Shown: positions 27,304-39,179 of the stretch, piece by piece | How the letters are laid out: the number at the start of each line of letters is the position of its first letter | How positions within the stretch are numbered: the stretch's first letter is position 1 | DNA from: Octopus sinensis | Taxonomy: Eukaryota | Length of the DNA: 64,000 bases | Reading direction: 5' to 3' | Assembly (NCBI RefSeq): GCF_006345805.1 | Contig: NC_043016.1 | Coordinates: forward strand, 25,358,001 to 25,422,000 | The notes under the pieces: model-generated | What the model was told of the DNA's origin: nothing | Seen by the model: the letters and a program-made list of their open reading frames with translations, nothing else | Database searches by the model: none | Program-made: the position numbers and the translations under genes

Positions 27304-28659
27304 GGTAAAAGTTTAAAATGTACATACTTTTTAATCTTGGGGAGGTACTGTCCACAATTGTCCTTTCCCCACTCCTTCTGGTGCAGTCACTGGTCTCAGC
27401 ACAATTTTTTTCTTTTTCTATGCTCTCACTTACATCTAAAATATCTTTCGGACATCTTTTTTTAAAACTTTTAAAGTCATTAATGTTTACTCTTGCCATC
27501 CATAAATGTGGCGGTTTACCTTCTATCGGTCCCCACATTGCGTACTTTTTCTCTTGTATTAATGTTTGTACCACTATGTTATTCGTATTATATGCAACTA
27601 TTTTTTTCTCCTTGTGGAGGGTTTGGTTTGGAGGTGGATGGGGCTGTTTTTTTGTTTGTGTTCTGCGTTGTTTTTTCTTTTTTTCTGTTTGGAGGAGGGG
27701 AGTCCAGGGCGGGGGTGTTTTTTTCTTTTTTTGTTGTTAGTTACCAATGTGTAATCTGTGTTTTGTTTTCCTTCTGCCTCTTCTTGTTCTTTCCTTGTTT
27801 CTTGTATTTTTCCTGTTTCCTTTTCCTCATTCTTCTTCTGTCGTTTTTCCTCTTGTTGGTATTGTTGGGGAGGCACTTCAGTTGTTTTTTGTGCCTGTTT
27901 TTTTACTTTTTCACACTCGGCCTAGAGTAGCAGACACCGGTCGGCTGGTGATATTTGCTGGACTTCGTATCTGTATATATGTAAACTCTAGGCCGATGAA
28001 GGACAATGATCCTGAAACACGGTGTCCCTAGATGCAGTTCCGCAGTTGGGGGTGTTTGTCTCCCTTCGTATATGTATAAAGGACACAGGGAAAAAAATGT
28101 GTCGAAGCTGTCAGGAGGCGTTCGATGCCTCCTAGGGCTATACAACGGTGGTGTACCCCCTACTGTCACTTCTTGTTAGATTGACAGTATACAACCATTC
28201 TATCGCCCCACCACCACCGTACATGTCTCTATGAGAGATTTAGAAATTCAATATTTCTTATATATATATACATATATATATCTTTTTATTCTTTTATTTG
28301 TCTCAGTCATTTGACTGTGGCCATGTTGGAGCACCATCTTTAGTTGAACAAATTGACCCCAGGATTTATTCTTTGTAAGCCTAGTACTTATTCTATTGAT
28401 CTCTTTTGCTGAACTGCTACTGTGCCTATTGACAAAGTAACATCAAGAAATATATATATATATTTTTTTTTCAGAACTCAAACACATATAGTAATAAACA
28501 AACGGTTGGAAAAAAGACACAGAAGGTCAAGATGAAAAACATATACTAAATGCACAGACAAACAGAAAAACAAACACAAAATGTTACCAACTCCTCATTA
28601 GTTATTGGCCAGGGGTCAAGTGCAATTTCGTGCCATTACCGATAATATTGCTTCCACTC

Positions 28660-28950
28660 TGGCGTGTCTGTGTAGTAAGAAGCTTGCTTCCCAACAATAT
28701 GGTTCTGGGTTCAGTCCCACTGCATGTCACTTTCAGCAAGTGTCTTCTACTATAGCCTTGGGCCTAACCAAGTCTTGTGAGTGGATCTGGTAGATGGAAA
28801 CTGAAAGAAGCCTGTCAGATATATATATATGTGTGTATTTGCCTGTGTTTATCATCATCACTACTTTACAACTGGTGTTGCTGTGTTGATGTCCTCGTAT
28901 CTTGGCACTTTGGCAAAACAAACTGATAGAATAAGTACCACATCTTAAGA
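28660..28950 (+). mobile_element. CORE-type SINE
   Basis: gtgtagtaagaagcttgcttcccaac..ttcagcaagtgtcttctactatagcc..ggaaactgaaagaagcc. Confidence 0.8.
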
Positions 28951-29221
28951 GAAAAAAAAAATGATTTCAACTAAAATCCTTCAAAGAGCAGTCTAATGAG
29001 TGAAAGAAGTAGAAGATAAAAGAAAGATATGCAAGTTACTATACTTAATGAGGTTAATCAGAAATATTTTTTAATCCATTGAAATGATAAACTGCAAAGG
29101 AAAAGAAATTGAATAAGCTTCAATGAAAATTTCTTTTCACAGGGAAGAACTGCTAAGGGAGGGAACTCAATAAATTTTAGTTGCTCAAACATAAAATTAA
29201 GACATGATGAGTGTGTAACTT

Positions 29222-29455
29222 GCGTGAGCTGACAGAATCGTTAGCATGCCGAGAGAAATGCTTAGCGGTATTTCGTCTGCGTTACGTTGTGAGTTCAAAT
29301 TCCGCCGAAGTCGACTTTGCCTTTCATCCTTTCAGGGTCGATAAATTAAGTATCAGTTATGCACTGGAGTCGATGTAATCGACTTAATACCTATGTCTGT
29401 CCTTGTTTCTCCCCTCTGTGTTTAGCCCCTTGTGGGTAATAAAGAAATAGGTATT
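29222..29455 (+). mobile_element. tRNA-derived SINE family B, full length
   Basis: gagctgacagaatcgttagcatgccg..gagttcaaattccgccgaagtcgactttgcctttcatcctttcagggtcgataaattaagta..; many copies in window. Confidence 0.85.
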
Positions 29456-30110
29456 TTGCCCATTTTTACATAAAGAAATAGGTATTAAGTCTGAACTTTG
29501 GTCACCAAGGCGACATCTTTGCCTATGATTCAGCATTATGAGACATCCCTGAAAAGCATATCACATCCAAGGTCATAAATTTGTTTTTGTATGGAAATAG
29601 CTCACTGGCTAGGCAAATTGATATTGGAAAATATTCCCATGGATGTTTCTGCATGGTAAGCATATTTAAATGCTGGTGATGAACCAAATATAATTTGTTA
29701 TTCTTAGTTGAAATTTATAATTGTAATGAGAAAATAGGTAATTAGAATTAATAAAAATTTTCTCCACCCACAATGCCTACCAACCACCAAAATCCCCCCA
29801 AAAAGACATGGGAGTAAAATTTCATTTAACTATATTGAATGAGGTTGAGGTGGTAAATTTGATTTTCGGTAGCTATAGTAATTTTTAAGTTTTGGTCTGC
29901 TGAAATTTCAAGAGTCCTCTCCCTTGCATTATTTAGGAATAATTTTCACTTTCTCTCGTGAACTCATAGTTGTCTATTATTCTAAGGCGGTGCACTGGCA
30001 AGATTGTTAGCACATCGGTCAAAATGCTTAGTGGCATTTCTTTCAGTTCATTACGTTTTGAGTTCAAATAATTCCACCTCTCATCATTTTGGGTCGTGCT
30101 CTGAGGACCA

Positions 30111-30603
30111 ATGTAATTGACGAGTCACTTCAAAACTTTATTCTATCATTGGTTTCAGCCAAAGACTGTAGCCATGCTGGAGCATTGTCATTGGCACTTA
30201 TGCTTGTTTATTTTAGACTCATGTCCTGGGTCTGTTTCTGGAATCAATCCTGGTTAAATAGTAAGTTTGTTTTGTGTCATGATGTGGGTTCATCAGGTAT
30301 GTCAGATAAAAACTTTACTAATTGTTTTTTAAACACAACCCCACTCGTAAATTTGTAAAGCTTTTTGGCAAGGTATTGAAAAGTTGTGGGCTGTTGAACC
30401 CTAAGTTGTTACAGTATTGGATTCTTACTCTGGATGAAGTTGGTGGAATATTTGGTAGTATGCAGTGGCGTCCAGACTAGCAATAAGTATAGCTTTCAAT
30501 CCCAAAGGTATGATAAGTGCCAATGACAATGCCCCTACATGGCTACAGCCTTTGGCTGAAACTAATGATAGAATAAAGTTTTGAAGAGGCTGGTCAATTA
30601 CAT
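30111..30603. repeat. Inverted repeat pair, ~91-bp arms around a ~310-bp spacer
   Basis: 30111-30201 vs reverse complement of 30513-30603, roughly 85% identical by eye. Confidence 0.8.
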
Positions 30604-30906
30604 ACTCAACAGCAGAAACATTAAGACCAGTCCCTCTGGTGGTGAAAAACACTTGTAATGGTACCATGCAAAAGCACCCATGTGGTTCCACATAAAAACA
30701 TCCATGTGATGCCTTGTAAAAGTGCCTGTGCAGTACCATGTAAAAGCACCCAGCACACTTTGTAAAGAGGTTGGTGTTAGGAAGGGCATCCAGCCATAGA
30801 GACCATGCCAAATCAGAGTAGAGTCTCTTGCAGCCCCTCATCTTGCCAGGTCTGGTGAAACCGTCCAACTTATGCCAGTATGGACAATGGGCGTTAAATG
30901 ATGATA

Positions 30907-30938
<32 letters not shown>

Positions 30939-30996
30939 AATGTTGATGATATATATATCATCAACATTATCATCATCATCATTATTTAATGCCCAT

Positions 30997-31049
<53 letters not shown>

Positions 31050-31056
31050 ATATATA

Positions 31057-31156
31057 NNNNNNNNNNNNNNNNNNNNNNNNNNNNNNNNNNNNNNNNNNNN
31101 NNNNNNNNNNNNNNNNNNNNNNNNNNNNNNNNNNNNNNNNNNNNNNNNNNNNNNNN
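31057..31156. other. Assembly gap (100 N)
   Basis: Run of n after a (TA)n tract. Confidence 1.
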
Positions 31157-31609
31157 TACAACTGTTTCCTTCATTCTGGAATAATAAAAGTCACTAATTA
31201 GACGCATAGTTTTGGTTTATTAAAATTACAATAATCTATAATATAGAATAGTTATAACTGCTTCTAAAAACTTTTTAAAACTTCTGGAATGCACTTTGCG
31301 TGTGTGTGTGTGTGTGTGTGTGTGCATACTTTTATTAAAGCTGAAAAATTACAACTGTTCAAAGAATGGTGACGTGAAACTGAGTAAGTTTGTGAAAATT
31401 TTTTTCAGCTTAAATTTTTTGGCATTTGAATACTATTTTTTTCCACCTTGTTTTGCATTTATTTGCTTACTCACAGGTATCACACACACACGCACATGAA
31501 TGTGCGTGCATGTGTGTGTGCGTGTGTATGTGTGATGTGATTGTTATAGTGTGAATGTGTGTCCCTGAGTTTGTCCTGTCACTGCTTTGACTACCAGTTA
31601 ATTTAGATA

Positions 31610-32585
31610 TGAGATGGTATCAAAAAGTTCCTGGTTTAGGTTTGTAGCACACCAACAAATTGCAGCATATGGTTGTGTGTGCAGTGAGAGTTAGCAGTAA
31701 CTTTCCTGAGGCAGTGTGCCTAGCGACATCACTGTGTTTACTTTGCAAGTTCTGAAATTCATGTTTTTGTGATCACATGTATGCTGTAGTCTGTGAATTT
31801 TGTCATGGACAGAACAAAGACCCAACGTGAAATTTTGCATTAAACTCAGCAAGTCTACCACACAGACTTTGAGCATGCTCAGCAACAAAGCAATGGGTTG
31901 TACGCGCATATTTTGATGACTGGGTGCTTCAAAAGCAGAACATCTCTGGAAGACAATGAACAATCTGGAAGACCTGTCATGAACATCACACCTGGAAATG
32001 TGGTGAAAGTTCATCAACTTGTGCATGAGGATCGTTGGAGGACAATCAACAACATTATTGATGCCAATCTTAATGTCTAAATCTATATAGCCAATCTTAA
32101 CATCTACATTCTTCATGACAACGATGCCCCCTGTTACTGAGGTCTCCTTACTCATGAGTTTCTCACCAAAAACATGATATTGCTTCCATTCCACACTCAC
32201 CCTATTCACCCAGTTTAGCACATGTGGACTTACATTTCTTCCTCAAGATGAAAATGTATGCAAAGGTTGCTGTTTAACACCATTGTCAAGATTCAAGAGT
32301 GAATTGCAGATGGTCTTCTACTCACTTACAATGTGACTATTTTGAAGGAGATGATGTTAAAACTTAGGTAAATAGGTTAAAAGTTGGTAAATTACTTTCT
32401 GTGTGAGATACCTCCTCTCTCCTCCATGGCCTTGATCGTGTAATGGTGTCTTTCCACAATCCCATTTCTGCTCAGCTTGTATGCCACTCTGAAGAAGCAG
32501 AGTACATTCCACTTACCGAGCATCTCCTTCAGCATAACTTAGGTAAATAGGTTATAACTAGCCTGGGAACTTTGATGCCACCGCC
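31610..32585 (+). mobile_element. Decayed, internally deleted mariner transposon
   Basis: TA|tgagatggtatcaaaaagttcctgg ... cctgggaactttgatgccaccgcc|TA; EQRPNVKFCIKLSKS, LEDNEQSGRP..VHQLVHEDR, HDN-AP-like motif, DYFEGD. Confidence 0.85.
32380..32535 (-). mobile_element. Captured Gypsy-integrase fragment inside the mariner
   Basis: Translates MLKEMLGKWNVLCFFRVAYKLSRNGIVERHHYTIKAMEER, aligning with 35080-35200; flanked by aacttaggtaaataggtta at 32361-32379 and 32536-32554. Confidence 0.85.
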
Positions 32586-32800
32586 TACTGATGTGATCCA
32601 CAGTCAATCACAGATGTGCACTTGACCCTCCCACCTTTGACCAATGGAATATCCAGTATATCACTATGGAAGGATACCAGGGTAACACAAAACCTACACA
32701 AGTTTCTTTTATGATTTAGCCCAAAGTAAAAAAGACAAACTGATCTTACCAAGATTTGAACTTCAACTTTTTCTCTCTCTTTTTCTGTCTCTTGTGTGTG

Positions 32801-32832
<32 letters not shown>

Positions 32833-33287
32833 TGTGTGTGTGTGTGTGTGTGTGTGTGTGAGTGTGTGTGTGTGTGTTCTCTCCTAGTCTCCAGTCATCA
32901 TTCATAAGTCATTTGTTATATATAATCAGCTAAGCCATTTAACTCAAATGGCAGCATATTTGATCTGAAAAATAAACCTTGTGTTTGTCCTATGTTTTAC
33001 TGTCAGTTAAATAATCTACCATAGAGTCATCTGTCTGTCTGTTTCTCTGCTTCTATCTCAGTGTCCGTTCTTCTGTTTAACTCTCTGTCTTTGTCTCTCT
33101 GTGTCTGTTTGTCTCCCTCTCTCCCCACTCTCTTGTAGTTTGACACATTGTCTTTACTCACACACAAAACAATACAATGCTTTCTTTCACCCAACACACA
33201 CTGTTGTTTCAACATCAGAAATACACACTGTAAAGTCTCTTCCTAACCTCACACATATTTACTCATTTCAATATATTGTCCTTGTGG

Positions 33288-33499
33288 AAGGCGGTGAGCT
33301 GGCAGAATCGTCAACACTAGGCAAAATGCTTAGTGGCATTTTGTCTATCTTCTATATTCTTAGTTCAAATTCCACTGAGGTCAACTTTGTCTTTCATCCC
33401 TTTGAGGTTGATAAAATAAATACCAGTTGAATACTGAGCTCAATGTAATTGACTTAGTACCTTCCTTGAACTTGCTAGCCTTATGCCAAAATTTGAAAC

Positions 33500-33500
<1 letters not shown>
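33288..33500 (+). mobile_element. SINE family B
   Basis: ggcggtgagctggcagaatcgtcaac..gttcaaattccactgaggtcaactttgtctttcatccc. Confidence 0.8.
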
Positions 33501-33535
<35 letters not shown>

Positions 33536-33859
33536 TGTTTTTATACTTTTAACCTGCTAGTTTTTTACAATTACTTGTTGAGATACACACAGTGTCCTAG
33601 GGTGAGTGAAGGATAAGGGATGTTGCAGTTTGACTGAAAGCTTGGGAAGGGGAAGTGGTAGGGGCAGTAGCGAAGTATCTTCTTGTAATACAACATAGAC
33701 ATTTAAAGGGAGAGTATTTTTGTATGGAAAATCTTTTGGATTTCTCTGAGACATGGTTCTCCTGGGATCTTATCTAGATGTTTCTGACATCCCTTTTTTA
33801 AAATCATACTTTGGGCACCTACAGTAACAGGAACAGTTCTCACTTTCAGTCCTTATCTT

Positions 33860-34200
33860 TTTTCTTTTTTCTTTGTTTCAGTCATTTGACTACAGCCATG
33901 CTGGAGCACCACCTTTAGTCAAGCAAATCGACCCCAGGACTTATTCTTTATAAGCCTAGTACTTATTCTATCAGTTTCTCTTGCTGAACTGCTAAGTGAT
34001 AGGGATGTAAACACACCAGCATCGGTTGTCAAGTGATGTTGGGGGAACAAACACAAACACACACACACATATACATGCAATGGGTTTCTTTCAGTTTCTG
34101 TCTACCAAATCCACTCACAAGGCTTTGAAGACACTTGCCCAAGGTGCCACACAGTGGGACTGAACCTGGAACCATGTGGTTGGTAAGCAAGCTACTTAAT
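33860..34200 (-). mobile_element. CORE-type SINE
   Basis: Reverse complement of the 4548-4930 family. Confidence 0.85.
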
Positions 34201-34441
34201 TTGTCAAATTCCTTTACAGATATATTTTTATCAGTGAGACAGATTTACGTCTATTAGTCTACAATACACTAGGGTCCAATACACTAATTTGCCTGGGAAA
34301 AGGGTTACTGGTACAGGGGCTCAATTTTGATCTATGTTCACAGTGGCCTATAATGCGGCTAAGAGGACCTAGCTTGCCTGGCAAATGATTTGATCTGAGA
34401 CAATGTGTTAAAACTAATGAACAAATAATTATTCTCTAGCT

Positions 34442-34545
34442 CAGTGATTCCCAATGTGAGGTATACACCCCCACCGGTGGGACCTGGAAAAATTGTGGTG
34501 GGGCATGGTGCCATTGTGAACAGGCACAAGGTTCTCATTAAAGTG
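34442..34545 (+). mobile_element. Single hAT-like terminus
   Basis: cagtgattcccaa..tacaccccc resembles hAT/Charlie TIR; no partner TIR found. Confidence 0.4.
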
Positions 34546-34589
34546 ATTCCTTTTTTTTTTCTTCATCAATAATGTACTTTTTTGTTGAA

Positions 34590-34785
34590 ATCTGCCATAC
34601 ACCAACAGCCATCCCACTCACTGTGATCTCTGCAGGAATGGAGTGCTGCTTGCTTCCTCTTTTCCACCTTCATTGTCTGATGAAGCAACAATTCTGTGGA
34701 CATCCAAGATGTGATGTAACATTTTATCCACAGAGACATTATTTCTGGAGTTAACAACTATCACTGTCTCTCTGTTCCATGGAAA
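34590..34785 (-). pseudogene. Gypsy integrase C-terminal fragment, diverged inverted copy
   Basis: TVIVVNSRNNVSVDKMLHHILDVHRIVASSDNE aligns with VTAVNSHNNMSVEGMPHHILNVRR..SSDEE at 35425-35530. Confidence 0.75.
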
Positions 34786-35863
34786 GTGGTGTTGAGCTGT
34801 GACAGATGCCAGTCTATAGACCCCACACCAGGTGTGTATGAGGCAGGAAGGATTCAGGTTGGAGAAGATTGGATGAAGTTAGTGATAGATATGATGCACT
34901 ATCGGGGAAGGCAGTACCTCTCAATGGTTGACTGTGGGCCAGGATGGATAGCAATATGGAAGGAAATTAGGATAAGAGCTGTGGCTGAAACTGTAGAGGT
35001 CCTAAATGCAGTATTACTGGAGATGGGGGCCAGTTGATGAGCTGTTGATGGACGACAGCACAGTGTTTTGCTTGGCTCAGTTGAAAGAAATGCTCAACCA
35101 ATGGAATACCAGAGGTTTCTTCACAGCAGCATATAGGCCTGGAAGGAATGGGATTGTAGAGTGTCACTATTGCTCAATCAAAGCCATGGCTGAGAGGGAG
35201 AAGATTTTCCCCATTGAAGCAGTGTTTTGGTACAACATGTCACCAAGGTCAGGACAGGGTGGAGAGAAGGTCCTGCAAAAAGCTGTGTTTAGATACGAAT
35301 GATACACCTGAGCGTGGAATCACGATCCTTTGGGGAAGAAGAACAGTCAGTATTTGTTCAAAATCAGGGAAGAAGAGTGGGTGAAACCCACTGATGTGCA
35401 ATGCACAACTCAATGGGGGAAAGGAAGAGTGACAGCAGTGAACTCTCATAACAACATGTCGGTGGAAGGCATGCCACACCACATCCTAAATGTCAGGAGG
35501 GATGTGAGATTCTCCAGTGATGAAGAACAAAGGGAGGGAGAAGTTGGCACCACATCCTTGCAATGATCCCGAAGAGAGCTTTGTCCACCTAAGTGGCTGG
35601 AAGACTATGAAAGGGATGTAAGTGATAGTGATTGTTAGATCAAGGGCAGGTGTGGTATTGAGCTGAAGCTGTGGTGAAGGCGGAAGTGGGAGAGTGCATA
35701 GGCCCTATCGGGAGTCCTTGAGGACGGAAGAGCCAAACAGAACATGTACAGCAGGGGTAGGAAGAGGGCAGTATGCAGCTGGACAGCATGAAGAATGTGT
35801 GGATCACCAACAGAAGAAAATGACTATGTGGGTTGTGTGAGGATGCCCCCCCCCCAATCAACA
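34786..35863 (+). mobile_element. Gypsy LTR-retrotransposon 3' portion: integrase, PPT and probable 3' LTR
   Basis: CDRCQ..VIDMMHYRGRQYLSMVDCGPG..PVDELLMD..AYRPGRNGIVE..WYN..WVKP..PPKWLEDYE; purine tract aagggcagg then TG at 35651, ..AACA at 35863. Confidence 0.8.
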
Positions 35864-35904
35864 GGTAAGAGAGCTTCAATTCTCCTTTTTATATTTTCTT
35901 CTTT

Positions 35905-36110
35905 GTCCCACAAAGGGTTTTGTTTCATCAGGATCATGCTCCTGCACACAAGTCTTTGGTATCAATGACTGTTGTGTGACTCTAATTTTGAACTGATTGA
36001 TCTCTGTCTCTACTGTCCTGATTTAATCCCATTTGACTATCATCTGTTCCCCAACATGAAAAAACACTTGGCTGGGAACTAGTACTGCAGTGATGACGGC
36101 ATCAGTTTCC
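35905..36110 (+). pseudogene. Mariner transposase C-terminal fragment
   Basis: VLFHQDHAPAHKSL ... degenerate YSPDLAP-DYHLFPNMKKHLAG. Confidence 0.75.
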
Positions 36111-36461
36111 TTATACATCTCCACTGTCCTGTTTTTGTTCCCAGCTTTGACCTGCCATAAATCCAAAATTTTATTTTGGAATTTAAGGGAGCAACTGTCT
36201 TTGAAGACTCATATTGTCCTTGAATGCTAGAACTGAAGAGTAGATAGACAGCCAGCAACTGATGAAGTGTCGTTCTCCATGTTACTTGTCCTGTTTTCCA
36301 TTTTTCTCTTTCGTTGTTTGCATTATTCAACTCGTTTGTTTTCATAACTTCCATGTTGTGTTTACACAGTTTGTGACGTCCTGTACCATATATGCATATA
36401 AATATATATATATATTTATATTAATTATATTGTATTATATTATATATATATTATTATATTG

Positions 36462-36505
<44 letters not shown>

Positions 36506-37319
36506 TATTATATTATATTGTATTTTATATATATATATATATAATATTATATATTATATTGTATTATATTATATATATATATTTCATTTATATTTATATA
36601 CATATTTATACACACATGTATATGTGTGTGTATGGTGCATGTGAGCATGCATATATGCGCCTCCTTGTTTTGCTAATCCATGATAGTTGTAAATGAGTAT
36701 CACTGTTATACAAGCAGTTTCATCCGTTTCTATTATTATTCTGCAAGGTCATGTGTGGCATAAGGAAATTATTATTACCTTCTTTGGAAACAAGTGAGGG
36801 GTGGCACTAAGAAGGGCATTTAGCCATACAAATCTGCTTAGTAAACTCCATCCGACCCATGTAATCATGGAAAAGTAAACCTTAAATACTGCAGCTGCCA
36901 AAATATATATATGCTGGATAGTTGGTGTTAGGAAGGGCATCCAACTGTAAAAATCCTGTCAAAACAGTCACAGATGTCTGGTGCAGGCTTCTGCTAGCTT
37001 GCAAGGTGGATGTTAAATAATGATGATGATAAAAGCATATTACTCTACATTCGGTATTTGAGTACTATTTTTTCCATCTTGTTTTGCATTTATGTGCTTA
37101 CTCATGTGTGTGTGTGTGTGTGTGTTTTGTGTGCATGTATATATATATACATATATATATATGATGGCTTCCTTCAGTTTCCATTTACCAAATCCACCCA
37201 GAAGGCTTTGGTTGGCCCAGGCTATAGTAGAAGACACTAGCCAAGGTGCCATGCAGTGGGATTGAACTTGAAACCATGTGGTTTGGAAGCAAACTTCTTA
37301 CTACACAATCACACCTGCA

Positions 37320-37378
<59 letters not shown>

Positions 37379-38057
37379 ATATAAAATATATTAAAAGTCA
37401 GATTGAATCTTGCTTGCTTGCAATGTTACTCAGCCAAACTGGCACAATGGGAAATACTATGAATTAAGTTTTCCCTGAAGTGTAAATACGAATGGAATGA
37501 AACAAATTTTGCATAAATAAGTGGTTGTGAAGATATTAAAGGTTTTCGGGGTATAAATACCTGAAACAGGAAATGGAAAGTCTCTGAAATTAACTTAATC
37601 CTGAAAGGGAAGTAACTCTTATCTTTCGATTAGACAGTGACTTGACAATGAAAAAATACGACTCTTTTACAGAAAATGTTTCTATTTTCACTTTTGTTAA
37701 ACACAATATTTTAATCATTTAGAAATATTTAGAATGTGATTTCAAAAATGTAAGTTGTTTGTACAATAAGTATTTATATTTTAGCTTTCTTTAAACAAAC
37801 AATCATCATCATCGTCATCATCATTTAACATCCGCTTTCCATGCTGGCTTGGTTTGGACAGTTTGAGTAAGGGCTGGTGAGCCAGAAGGCTGCACTAGGC
37901 TCCATTTAATGTTTTTTAAAAATTATTTTCAAGTGAATACCATTACAAAGTTTTCTTGGCATAAATATTTCGTAAAAGACCTGTTCATAACCTTGGTGTG
38001 AAATAAAAAATTTTTACATAGGGTTTTTTTTGAGTGCATTCAACATATCTCACTTCC

Positions 38058-38176
38058 AAACATTTGACTGCTATTTCTAGCATGCTCTGCTACCACATAA
38101 CTGCTATTTGTGATAAAGAATCTGAAATACCTCTTACGTGGTAGCAGGGTGTGCAAGAAATAGCAGGCAAATCTTT
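38058..38176. repeat. Gap-free imperfect hairpin, 52-bp arms and 15-nt loop
   Basis: 38058-38109 pairs with 38125-38176; 45 of 52 positions pair on the plus strand, including 3 G-U. Confidence 0.85.
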
Positions 38177-39179
38177 CCTTTTGGTGGGGGGAAATAGCCA
38201 TTTGCATGTGATTTCAATGTCATGTTTACTGTAAGCATGCAAAATAACCTGGAAAAGAAAAAAACCCCACAAAACAAAACTCTGTTGCTGGGAAGCTCAC
38301 TTTTCCAGTGACCCAATTGAGTTAGGGGTTGTAAATGCAACCCTCCATGGGATAACATATATCCAATATACTGCTAGTGAAGTACCCAACAAAGTTAATA
38401 CATAAATGTTAATGATTGTGATGTAATCAATTCATTTACTGTATTATATGGGCAAAGGTAAAATGATTTACCACAAATTACTAATACAACGATAATGATG
38501 CTAACTTTAATGACACTTTAGAAATTAGTATGAAGCAATATAATGTACTATTGACTATGTATATTTGCATCTAGGTACTAATTTGTGTATGTTTATTATC
38601 ACAATATTGAGTCAAAAACTGAGACATTGGATGTAGAACACATATATATGTTACTAATTTATATTATTTACTTATATCATTATGTATATGTTATTTTTAT
38701 ATGTATAAGAGTGTGAGTATATGCACTCATATATATGTTGTATTATGGGTATGCAGCCACACCCATGTGGGTATAAATGTAGACTGATTTATATTACATA
38801 ATCTCGAAGAGGCCTTATGATATTTTTGTAAATGTCTCATTTTTATCTATATATTGACCTACCATAAAGGCTAATATTGGTAAAATGAGACATACTTATC
38901 TACATGGCCGAAACAGCTGTAAGATGTAATCTATACTTATATTTACTTATATTTATATTCTCTTTTATATATATTCTACTTATTATACAACATTACTTTT
39001 TATGTACACTTTTTTATGTACATACCTTTATGTACACTGATTTGTTCTGCTTTTTATATCTAACCCTACAGTCTCTTATGTGGTGGTTTAATAAAGTATG
39101 CGATTGAGTATTATCTGGTAATTGATATTTGATTTAGATGTATTTCTCCATTTTCTTATCTTGTATATTATATATATAT

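Larger units (their letters stand above)
23671..28230 (-). mobile_element. Tx1/L1-clade LINE, 5'-truncated, decayed, 3' end lost
   Basis: ORF1-like remnant ~27903-28169, ORF2 endonuclease 26455-27303, RT ~25000-25870, Cys-rich C-terminal domain 23680-24100. Confidence 0.9.

Noticed and set aside
29222-29300. tRNA genes at SINE heads
   Set aside because: They continue into SINE bodies and lack complete cloverleafs
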